64,000 nucleotides of DNA from Chlamydiales bacterium (lineage in GTDB: Bacteria; Chlamydiota; Chlamydiia; Chlamydiales; JAAKFR01). The stretch is taken from NCBI GenBank assembly GCA_022601445.1, contig JAJACP010000005.1, forward strand, positions 21,806 through 85,805, read 5' to 3'. Below the pieces are notes generated by a model. It was not told the DNA's origin. It saw only the letters and a list, made by a program, of their open reading frames with translations, and made no database searches. Of the stretch, positions 8,436 through 15,647 are shown piece by piece; position 1 is the stretch's first letter; every line of letters starts with the position of its first letter. The position numbers were made by a program, and so were the translations under genes.

Positions 8436-9581
8436 ATGTTTCCTACTTTAAATTATGACTCAACCAACTCCGTTTATTCCGCCTCCTATTGTGAACTTGA
8501 GACTACCACTGTCGTGGCACTGGTCTTAGGCACGATTGCGCTGGTTACAGGCATTTTGACTCTACTCTCTACTGCGGGCGTTCCTCTTGGTCCGCTGAAT
8601 GCTTTGAGCCACTTAACAGCTGCAGGAGGCATTACTCTCACAATTGGGGGAGGAGTAGGCCTTCTCACTGGTCTAGCTTGGCTTGTTATCAACCGTTTTC
8701 CGCTGCAGCCTGAACCAGAGTGTGAATTTGATTGGATCCCACCCCCTCTCCCCAGCCATTTTTCTTTACCTTTTGGATCAGCAGGAGCCCATCCTCCTGT
8801 GAACAGAGCTTATACATTTACTAAGCCCACCCAATTGGCAACCGCATTTGACTCGATTGCATTTTCTTCTGGCCACAAGGATAACAGGAATCCCGAAACT
8901 CTCGTAAAGATGAGTCATGACCGCCGCTATCCAGCCAACTATGTCTCCACCACTCCTGAAAAGTGGGGCAGAGCAGGTACGACTCCCTATATCATTGCAG
9001 CGACTCCAGATTCGGGCTCCTCTCAACAGCGAGAAGTTTACAATCAAATGGTTCTTGAAAGTGGCTCCCGCTGTCTCTTTAGTTTGACTCCATCTCCTCA
9101 CAATAATGGAGATACCTCTCCATTTGTTGTTGATCGTCTGGAAGTCGACGGAAAAGAGGAGATCTATCAGATCGCCCCCACAAGACCTATAGATTTCACC
9201 TCTTTTGCCTGCGCTCTTGAAACGGTTCAGTGGCTTCGAAATGTGATCGCCTCAAACCAAATCCCCATTGACCCTGAGCACCCTCTTATCGTGACTGACC
9301 AAGAGGGAAAGGTTCAAAGCGCTGGTACAGTTATCCTCTTCCATCTCCTCTCGCTGCTAGAAGAGAAGGCAAGCGCAAAAGAGTTTACTGGAGACCCAGA
9401 TCGGTTCTGGAGGCAAATGAGCTATCTGGCTATTCACATCGAAAATCAGACAGCTCCAAGGAGTGCGCTTACCTGGATTGAGGATATGAATCAAGACCTC
9501 GACAAACGCCGTAACGACTATGTCCAGATGTTATTTGAAAGGCATCTGAAGGCTAGGCAAGAGCGATTAGCAACACACTAA
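8436..9581 (+). CDS. membrane protein: Inc-like bilobed hydrophobic N-terminus + YopH-like tyrosine-phosphatase-fold domain lacking the catalytic Cys and Arg
   Basis: Two adjacent hydrophobic lobes (VVALVLGTIALVTGILTLLSTAG ... GGITLTIGGGVGLLTGLAWLVI). The C-terminal part carries ANYV, YIIAATPDSGSSQQREVYNQMVLESGSRCLFSLTP (compare PTP motifs YIAxQxP, xFWxMxxE, IVMLT) and PLIVTDQEGKVQSAGT where HCxxGxxRT is expected. Confidence 0.55.
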   Translation: MFPTLNYDSTNSVYSASYCELETTTVVALVLGTIALVTGILTLLSTAGVPLGPLNALSHLTAAGGITLTIGGGVGLLTGLAWLVINRFPLQPEPECEFDWIPPPLPSHFSLPFGSAGAHPPVNRAYTFTKPTQLATAFDSIAFSSGHKDNRNPETLVKMSHDRRYPANYVSTTPEKWGRAGTTPYIIAATPDSGSSQQREVYNQMVLESGSRCLFSLTPSPHNNGDTSPFVVDRLEVDGKEEIYQIAPTRPIDFTSFACALETVQWLRNVIASNQIPIDPEHPLIVTDQEGKVQSAGTVILFHLLSLLEEKASAKEFTGDPDRFWRQMSYLAIHIENQTAPRSALTWIEDMNQDLDKRRNDYVQMLFERHLKARQERLATH

Positions 9582-10410
9582 ACCCATTAAAAGTAGCGTG
9601 GAGTGCAAGCGGTGCCCAAAGAGAGCGCTCGCGTTCATAGATAAAGCCTAAGAAAAGCGAGAGGGTAAAAAGAGAAGCAATCAACTGAAGGTTTCCCTTG
9701 CCTTGGCTAGGAGCAAAGTGAACAAGCGCAAAAATAAAGGCTGTGGTACACACACCCCAAAACCTCCCTAGGTAGCGTTTGAGTAGATTGTGCAAAAACC
9801 CGCGAAAGAGGAGCTCCTCCATAAAGGGGACCAAAATCACAATCACAAAGACCATGAGGCTAAAAAGAGCCGGGTACCCCATCGTTAACTTTAGTTGTTT
9901 GACAGCCACCTGCTCGACCTTCGCCTCTCCCCAAACTCCCAAAGAGATTAAGCTCATAAGAATTCCCGTTAAAAAAACAAAGGGATAGCTCACAGCCAGG
10001 CTCACACATCCCATCAGAAGCGCTTTGCCTGCTTTTTTGACGCTCGCTTTCTGCCCATCCCAAAAGAGGGTAGAACGCACGCGTTGCGGCATTAAAAAAT
10101 AATAAGTCAGAAAAGAGGCAAACACGAAGAAAAGCGAGTAGACTTGTGCCCATCCCATCCAATGCTGAGAAGGAACCTGTTGGCCAGAAAGGCGTAAAAA
10201 CAGCAAAGTCGCGACAGGTAAAACTAGAAAGGCAAGAAAGAGATAAGTGAGAAAAATTCCCCCAGTCTGCAAAAGTGAAACCGAGCAAAAGTCCGAGGAG
10301 GGAGGAAGCTTAAAATAGCCGTAGCGCCTTGCAACAAAAAAAACAACGAGAACAAGCAGCAGCGCAAAGAAAAGGCTCACCACCGCTTGTCCTACGTCCA
10401 CAATTTCCAT
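9553..10410 (-). CDS. CPBP-family intramembrane glutamic endopeptidase (CAAX protease/Abi family)
   Basis: Polytopic membrane protein with EELLFRGF, FALVHF and HATFNG motifs. Confidence 0.8.
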   Translation of the reverse strand: MEIVDVGQAVVSLFFALLLVLVVFFVARRYGYFKLPPSSDFCSVSLLQTGGIFLTYLFLAFLVLPVATLLFLRLSGQQVPSQHWMGWAQVYSLFFVFASFLTYYFLMPQRVRSTLFWDGQKASVKKAGKALLMGCVSLAVSYPFVFLTGILMSLISLGVWGEAKVEQVAVKQLKLTMGYPALFSLMVFVIVILVPFMEELLFRGFLHNLLKRYLGRFWGVCTTAFIFALVHFAPSQGKGNLQLIASLFTLSLFLGFIYERERSLWAPLALHATFNGFSVLLIALA

Positions 10411-10416
10411 TTTGTG

Positions 10417-11079
10417 CTACCGAGTCGCCTCAATGTAGTTCTCGACTCGAGAGACAAGCTCGCGCACCATTTTATTGTGTGTTAGCCCCATAGGTGTACG
10501 CATAAAGGCCTCTGTCCCCCAAGGTGCCCTTGCGTAATCGCTGCTCATATAAGCGGGCACAATAACGTGCTCTTGGTTGAGAACCTCCTGCAAGACCACC
10601 TTCGGTTGATCGTGGCGGATGTCAATGACACGCACCCGCATATCAACTGAAAGTACCGCACTGACCTCTCCTTTAAAAGGAGACTTCTCAGGGGTTTTTC
10701 TCGCCGCATAAGGGATTTCGTGTTGATCAATCAGCTCAGCGACAACAACAAACTCAGTGGCACCCAAATTACGCACTTCCACTTCTGAAATATGAGCCGG
10801 ATTGGGCGTGTTGAGTCTCTCGGCTAACTCACGACTTCCATGGTCACGCAGCAAATAGACTTTTGACGAATCGTAGACGCGGTTGCGAATCTCATCGGTA
10901 AACTCTCTGGATAAATTCCATGAGAGATTTCTACACCCAGAGTGATCGATCACAGGAAGCACGGCCACAATTGCCTTCTGTTTTCCTGAGCTTTGATACA
11001 AAGTCGTATCTCTACAACATGGGGCACAGCTTGCAGTTAGGGCTGCAAGAAGACCAAAATACATGAAAACCCGTCCCAT
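10417..11079 (-). CDS. hypothetical lipoprotein
   Basis: Signal peptide with a lipobox-like LTASC (MGRVFMYFGLLAALTASC). No recognisable catalytic motif. The ORF could extend to 11118. Confidence 0.55.
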   Translation of the reverse strand: MGRVFMYFGLLAALTASCAPCCRDTTLYQSSGKQKAIVAVLPVIDHSGCRNLSWNLSREFTDEIRNRVYDSSKVYLLRDHGSRELAERLNTPNPAHISEVEVRNLGATEFVVVAELIDQHEIPYAARKTPEKSPFKGEVSAVLSVDMRVRVIDIRHDQPKVVLQEVLNQEHVIVPAYMSSDYARAPWGTEAFMRTPMGLTHNKMVRELVSRVENYIEATR

Positions 11080-11151
11080 CCTTACCTTTCTCCGGTTGTT
11101 GTTAATTAGAATCGGCATTATAAGACGGGAATCTATTCATATCAAGCCACC

Positions 11152-13023
11152 ATGTCTCGTATAGCCGGTATTATTTATCCAAGCGCCTTCCAAGTCACGG
11201 AAATGATCCAAGAAGTGCACGCTGCTTTTTCTGAAAGCTCCCCTGCACCCTATTTTCACCATAAAAACTTGGAGCTAGGCACCTGGGGTACAAAAATGGC
11301 CACTAACCCAGCCAAAAATATCTGGGCAACAGTGGATGGTGAGATCTACAATAAAAAAGAGCTGTCTGCCGCAATCAAAGAGAAGCTGGGAATCGAGCTT
11401 TCGGATGTGAGTAATAGTGAACTGATCGTTTACGCATACGACGCATGGAAAGAAAAATTTCTCAGTCGCCTAAACGGCCCCTTTGCTCTGGCTGTTTTTG
11501 ATGAGGAGAAAGAGACCCTCTTCATTGCGCGTGACAAGCTTGGACAAAAGCCTCTTTATTGGACTATGCAAGGTGAATACTGGCTCTTTTCTACCGATAT
11601 CAAGGGTCTACTTGCCACAGGAGCCGTCCCTCAAACCCCCTCAAAAACTGCCTTAGCCTCCTATCTTTACTTTGGATTCGTCCCTCAAGATCTTGCAGCC
11701 ATTCAAGGGGTAAATAAGCTCTTACCCTGCCACTACCTCAAAGTCGATCTAAACCGCCGCGCTACACTGAGTCAATATTGGTCATATAGTGATCATCTGC
11801 AAACCCAAACTTCCCTCTCCCAAGAAGAGATTGATCAGCAGCTAGGTAAACACATGGAAGAGGCTGTTAGAACCTCCACTCCTGGTGAAGGAACCATTGG
11901 AGCCTCCTTAGAGGGAGATCTCGGTTCTTCTGCCCTGGCCTGGTTTTTAAGTCATCTCACCCCTCGGGATCGCCTCCAAGCCTACTCCCCCTCTTTTGAT
12001 GACCCCAAAAACGCCTCCACAATTGCCGAAACACTCTCTCTTGCGCACACAACTAAAGTCATTGAGCCTGAAGAAGCGCTTCACGAACTGCCTAAAATCG
12101 TCTGGCATCTCGATGAACCCATCGCTGATCCATTCACCGTTCAGACGTGGCTCCTTGGAAAACTCTGCTCACCACATAGTCATTCTCTATTTACTCATTT
12201 GGGTTGGCAAGAGATGTTTGGGGGAAGTACACATACCTTTAAGATCGAAGAACAAAAAGCTCCATTCGCTTATTTTTTAGCTCGTCTTTCCCCCAAAGTT
12301 CGAGACACGCTTCTTCTTCCCTTTCTCAAAATGATCGGCTCGCCCTATCTCTATCGGATCCTGCGGAACATCGACATCAACCGCAACCAAGTGGCCCATC
12401 TTATGGAGTCAGCCCTATTTAAAGGAAGAGCCCGGAAAAAAGTCTCTCCTCTCCTTTTTCCTGCTTTTGATCCAGAGGTTTTTACGCAGCGGTTTCATCG
12501 ACTGAGCTCTCTTCCCGGGGCACTGAATCCCACCCTCTACTATGCTGCAAAAACTGAGCTCCCTGACAGTTTGCTCTTTCAATACGAAAAACTATTAACT
12601 GCTAATAATGTACGATTTATAAACCCTTATTTAGATTCTGATCTTGTCGAATTTTTAGCAAAGATTCCCGAGAGTCTGAAATTTGACTCTTCTCTTCCCG
12701 GCTCCCTTTTACATCGATTGATGGCGAGATTGTGTCATACGTGTCCTCCTTTTTCAGAGCAATCGGACGCCTTTCTTGACCAGTGGCGGAAGCATCCCTG
12801 TTTTCGAGAGGGATTTGGTTTATTATTGAAGGGTCGGTTAGTGGATGAGGGTTTAATTTCGGCTCGTTGGATCAAGCAGCAGCTCAACTACCCACACTTG
12901 AACAAGTTGATGTTCAGACAATTGTGGTCAATTTTAGTTTTGGAGATTTGGTTTCAGCAGTATATTGGGCGTCCGATTGACTTTACGAGCAGCACCCTTT
13001 CCATCAAAACATTACTCAACTAA
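11152..13023 (+). CDS. asparagine synthetase B-like protein (degenerate GATase and PP-loop motifs)
   Basis: AsnB-like layout (ELIVYAYDAW, GPFALAVFDEEKETLFIARDKLGQKPLYW, long synthetase-like C-terminal half). However, the N-terminus is MSRIAG instead of MCGI, and LEGDLGSS sits where SGGLDSS is expected. Confidence 0.75.
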   Translation: MSRIAGIIYPSAFQVTEMIQEVHAAFSESSPAPYFHHKNLELGTWGTKMATNPAKNIWATVDGEIYNKKELSAAIKEKLGIELSDVSNSELIVYAYDAWKEKFLSRLNGPFALAVFDEEKETLFIARDKLGQKPLYWTMQGEYWLFSTDIKGLLATGAVPQTPSKTALASYLYFGFVPQDLAAIQGVNKLLPCHYLKVDLNRRATLSQYWSYSDHLQTQTSLSQEEIDQQLGKHMEEAVRTSTPGEGTIGASLEGDLGSSALAWFLSHLTPRDRLQAYSPSFDDPKNASTIAETLSLAHTTKVIEPEEALHELPKIVWHLDEPIADPFTVQTWLLGKLCSPHSHSLFTHLGWQEMFGGSTHTFKIEEQKAPFAYFLARLSPKVRDTLLLPFLKMIGSPYLYRILRNIDINRNQVAHLMESALFKGRARKKVSPLLFPAFDPEVFTQRFHRLSSLPGALNPTLYYAAKTELPDSLLFQYEKLLTANNVRFINPYLDSDLVEFLAKIPESLKFDSSLPGSLLHRLMARLCHTCPPFSEQSDAFLDQWRKHPCFREGFGLLLKGRLVDEGLISARWIKQQLNYPHLNKLMFRQLWSILVLEIWFQQYIGRPIDFTSSTLSIKTLLN

Positions 13024-13050
13024 TTCCGCGCCCATGTCCGAATTCTTTCT

Positions 13051-13089
13051 ACCAACCAACTGAAGCAAAAATTCCAAAAAGTGCTTTTC
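13051..13089. repeat. solo arm of the ~110-bp palindromic intergenic element family
   Basis: accaaccaactgaagcaaaaattccaaaaagtgcttttc resembles the right arms at 41722-41760, 50806-50842 and 62797-62830. No matching left arm was seen. Confidence 0.4.
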
Positions 13090-13124
13090 TTCTGTTTCAA
13101 GAGACAAAAAACTCCAGCAACAAA

Positions 13125-13412
13125 CTAAACTGAAGAAGCTGCATGTAAAAGTCTTGCAACCGTTCGCAACGTCGGATTCGCACCCTGTGCCAAAGCATGA
13201 TAAATCGTTGATGTGGCGATATTACCTTCTTTGGCAATTTCCCCTTTTCCTGTAGCCATTAAATAGCCTTCGATTGCATCAAGAGCTGCGTCAGTGTCAT
13301 TATCTAGCAAAGCTTGAAAAAAAGCCTTAGCGACAAAGTTTGGATCTCGCAGCTTTTTAGCTGGATCAAACTTCCTAGTTTTAACTCCCTTCTTTGGGGT
13401 TCTAATCGGCAT
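13125..13412 (-). CDS. HigA-type antitoxin (addiction-module antidote, HTH protein)
   Basis: The translation FDPAKKLRDPNFVAKAFFQALLDNDTDAALDAIEGYLMATGKGEIAKEGNIATSTIYHALAQGANPTLRTVARLLHA fits the antidote family partnered with Gp49/HigB-like killers. Start taken at the MPIRT ATG; the longer ORF reaches 13460. Confidence 0.7.
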   Translation of the reverse strand: MPIRTPKKGVKTRKFDPAKKLRDPNFVAKAFFQALLDNDTDAALDAIEGYLMATGKGEIAKEGNIATSTIYHALAQGANPTLRTVARLLHAASSV

Positions 13413-13695
13413 ATCGCTTAAGCATAAGCCGCGCTTTTTTGATTTGCTTGTCTTGTTCATTTTTTAACCCTCCTAACAACAAAAGAATCACTCTATCTTC
13501 AATACGGGCAAAGTAGATGCGTCTTCCACCCTTCCAGCGCAATTCAAAAAGCCCTTCTTTCAAGGACTTACAATCACCGAAATGACCTTCTATCTGTATT
13601 GCCAATAACCGCTTTCTAATTTGAGCTTCATATTTTGCGGGAAGACTTGATACCCATTCCTCGAATTCTTTTGTTGCTTCAATTTCAACCAGCAT
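13402..13695 (-). CDS. HigB/RelE-superfamily toxin (addiction-module killer, Gp49-like)
   Basis: The translation EFEEWVSSLPAKYEAQIRKRLLAIQIEGHFGDCKSLKEGLFELRWKGGRRIYFARIEDRVILLLLGGLKNEQDKQIKKA matches the killer-protein family pattern. The toxin gene precedes the antitoxin gene, as in higBA. Confidence 0.7.
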   Translation of the reverse strand: MLVEIEATKEFEEWVSSLPAKYEAQIRKRLLAIQIEGHFGDCKSLKEGLFELRWKGGRRIYFARIEDRVILLLLGGLKNEQDKQIKKARLMLKRYAD

Positions 13696-13716
13696 GAAAG
13701 TAGCTTAACAAGTTCC

Positions 13717-13745
13717 ATTATATTGGAAATAAGTTTTTTTGTCAG
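13717..13745 (-). promoter_or_regulatory. candidate sigma-70-type promoter of the toxin-antitoxin operon
   Basis: On the minus strand: CTGACA, a 17-nt spacer, then TATAAT. The -10 ends 21 nt upstream of the toxin ATG. Confidence 0.45.
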
Positions 13746-13810
13746 TGAGGATTTTGGATCAGAATCGGGCGCGGGTGCGGAATTTTGAAGCTAAAGAGGT
13801 GTGGAGTCAG

Positions 13811-13841
13811 GCGACAAAACGCTCAAGACGCCAAAAGTTCC
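13811..13841. repeat. extra solo arm adjacent to the palindromic element at 13851-13960
   Basis: gcgacaaaacgctcaagacgccaaaagttcc is a near-direct copy of gcgacaaaacgctcaagatgccaaaaacttcc (13919-13950). Confidence 0.6.
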
Positions 13842-13850
13842 GCTGAAAGT

Positions 13851-13960
13851 GTTTTTTGGTTAAGTTTTTGGCATCTTGAGCGGTGCGGAGCGAAGGCTGT
13901 AGGGATGCCTACTGCCGAGCGACAAAACGCTCAAGATGCCAAAAACTTCCCAAAAAAAAG
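13851..13960. repeat. ~110-bp imperfect palindromic (MITE-like) intergenic element
   Basis: aagtttttggcatcttgagcg (13862-13882) is the exact reverse complement of cgctcaagatgccaaaaactt (13928-13948). The flanking ttttttgg/ccaaaaaa runs extend the arms. Size and the TTTTTGG-N-TTTTTG arm motif match the copies at 41648, 50726 and 62712. Confidence 0.7.
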
Positions 13961-14062
13961 AAAGCCGGAGAGTGTCTCAAGGCAAGCTAGTGAATCCTTA
14001 AGGCTGCTATCTTCCGATCCTGACCTAGTTCGGACTGTAGCCTTCCACGAGGTCCCCGGCGC
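13952..14062 (-). ncRNA. ffs: small (4.5S-type) signal recognition particle RNA
   Basis: The minus strand reads GCCGGGGACCUCGUGGAAGGCUACAGUCCGAACUAGGUCAGGAUCGGAAGAUAGCAGCCUUAAGGAUUCACUAGCUUGCCUUGAGACACUCUCCGGCUUUCUUUUUUUU. The core AGGUCAGGAUCGGAAGAUAGCAGCC matches the conserved SRP domain IV (E. coli GGUCAGGUCCGGAAGGAAGCAGCC, GGAA tetraloop). The 5' GCCGGGGA pairs with the 3' UCUCCGGC. A U-run follows. The ends are approximate. Confidence 0.8.
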
Positions 14063-14075
14063 GCGCCAGTGTACA

Positions 14076-14951
14076 CTATTCTATGGGTAGTTGCAATGAC
14101 TTCTTGCGACAAAGAAGAGCGATGTGAGTTAGCGCAGCCTCACCAAAGAGTAATTGGGAGAGTCGCTCTAAAAAAAGAAGAAGCGAGCGACTCTGCAGCC
14201 GGCTTTTCAAGGGCTTGAGTGGAAGCCAGAGGTAACAAATAGGCTGGATCGAATTGAGGTAGAACCAAAGACGTGAAAAGTAAGCGCGCTTATTCAGTTG
14301 CTGCAGCCGGTAAGCGGGCTCTCTTCCTGCACGTACAAAACGAGCAGGCGCATCAAGACACCTTCTCAAGTAAAAATAGAGGCGGTGGTAGCTTTTTTGA
14401 CTCTTCACAACCTCAAATTCAGTGCGAATGAGATCTAAAAAAACAGGCAGAGCATCTTCTGAGTGAAGGTCGAGCTCGGTTGAACAGAGAAAAAAGCCCT
14501 CGCGCTTTAAGAGGGCAGAAACCTCAGAAAGCATCAGGCGGTAAAGATGGGGCTCTAAATCCGCAATGACATCGGTGAGAAGCACTCCATCAAAACTCTC
14601 TTCTGGCAGGCGGCAATAGGGAAGGGTGCTCCGCACGTGTTTGGCGGACGCTGGAGCACGATTAAGAGCAGCCTCCGCGACGTCTACAAAAGTAAGATCT
14701 GCTTCACTGAGATAAGAGGCAAACGGAGCGGTTCCACAACCGAGATCAGCAATTCTCTTACCTGATAGAGCGTCTGGCAGAAGCTGAGCGGTGCGCTGCA
14801 CTCTCTCTTTTCCCAAAACAGTTTGAGAGGGATCGTATTTCTCACTCTCTTCAGACCAAGCCTCTTCCCAAAAGGAGCGCGTTTTCTCTTCGAACTGCTC
14901 CTTTTTTGAAAGCACCCGCTCTTCAATGATCGGTAGCCCTTTCCCACTCAC
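14076..14951 (-). CDS. class I SAM-dependent methyltransferase with an uncharacterised C-terminal extension
   Basis: Motif I IADLGCGTAPFASYL, then VLLTDVIADLEP. Substrate not inferable. Confidence 0.65.
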   Translation of the reverse strand: MSGKGLPIIEERVLSKKEQFEEKTRSFWEEAWSEESEKYDPSQTVLGKERVQRTAQLLPDALSGKRIADLGCGTAPFASYLSEADLTFVDVAEAALNRAPASAKHVRSTLPYCRLPEESFDGVLLTDVIADLEPHLYRLMLSEVSALLKREGFFLCSTELDLHSEDALPVFLDLIRTEFEVVKSQKSYHRLYFYLRRCLDAPARFVRAGREPAYRLQQLNKRAYFSRLWFYLNSIQPICYLWLPLKPLKSRLQSRSLLLFLERLSQLLFGEAALTHIALLCRKKSLQLPIE

Positions 14952-15576
14952 GAAATGCTTTCTCCTGGTTGAGCATCTCCTTCCTCAACGCTGTCTCGGG
15001 GTTGATTTCCTGTTGGCGAGCCTGCCGTACAACAAGCCAAAGCAGCTTCCCTAAATCCTCTTCCGATTCAAAGAGCTCATCTTCAACATAAAAGTCGTAG
15101 TCAGCGCGCTCCATTTTCCCGGCAATCTTATAGGCACGTGCCAAGGCGGGCATCCCCTTGGGAATCCCATCCATCAAGCTTTCGCGCTCAGTCTTCTCTT
15201 CTTTTTTCAGCCTTTCCCACTGCTCCACAACCGCTTCCATACTTCCCAATTTGGTATCGGAAAAGACATGAGGGTGACGACTCACTAATTTCTCGCAGAT
15301 GGAGCGGACTGGATCCTGTGTTTTAAAGCGCTCCTCTTTTTCAGCCAGTTTACAGAAGAAAATGACATTATAGAGTAGGTCTCCCAGCTCTTCAATCAGA
15401 TCGGTGTCACTCCCCTCGTCAATGGCCTCGATCACCTCGCACGCCTCTTCTAGCACCGATTCGCGCATGGAAACGACGGTCTGCTCCCGATCCCAGGGGC
15501 ACCCTTCAGGACCAAGCAGCGTATCAGCTATATTTAGAAGTTTTTTGAACTCCTCTTGAGCAGTATTATTATGCAT
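14923..15576 (-). CDS. mazG: MazG-family nucleoside triphosphate pyrophosphohydrolase
   Basis: CPWDREQT, EEACEVIEAID, ELGDLLYNVIFF and RHPHVF motifs. Confidence 0.85.
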   Translation of the reverse strand: MHNNTAQEEFKKLLNIADTLLGPEGCPWDREQTVVSMRESVLEEACEVIEAIDEGSDTDLIEELGDLLYNVIFFCKLAEKEERFKTQDPVRSICEKLVSRHPHVFSDTKLGSMEAVVEQWERLKKEEKTERESLMDGIPKGMPALARAYKIAGKMERADYDFYVEDELFESEEDLGKLLWLVVRQARQQEINPETALRKEMLNQEKAFREWERATDH

Positions 15577-15585
15577 TCTCTTAAA

Positions 15586-15614
15586 TTGATTTGATTGACG
15601 GAGTTTGCAATAAT
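15586..15614 (+). promoter_or_regulatory. candidate promoter of the large coiled-coil protein gene
   Basis: TTGATT, a 17-nt spacer, then AATAAT. It ends 34 nt upstream of ATG 15648. An AAAGGAAA RBS-like element precedes the ATG. Confidence 0.3.
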
Positions 15615-15647
15615 GCGACCGATAAAATTAAAAAGAAAGGAAATTAT

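Noticed and set aside
13785-14090. 101-aa plus-strand ORF in the gap between the toxin gene and the methyltransferase gene
   Set aside because: It runs antisense across the SRP RNA gene and through three arms of a palindromic repeat. It has no RBS and no protein motif, so it is treated as an artefact.
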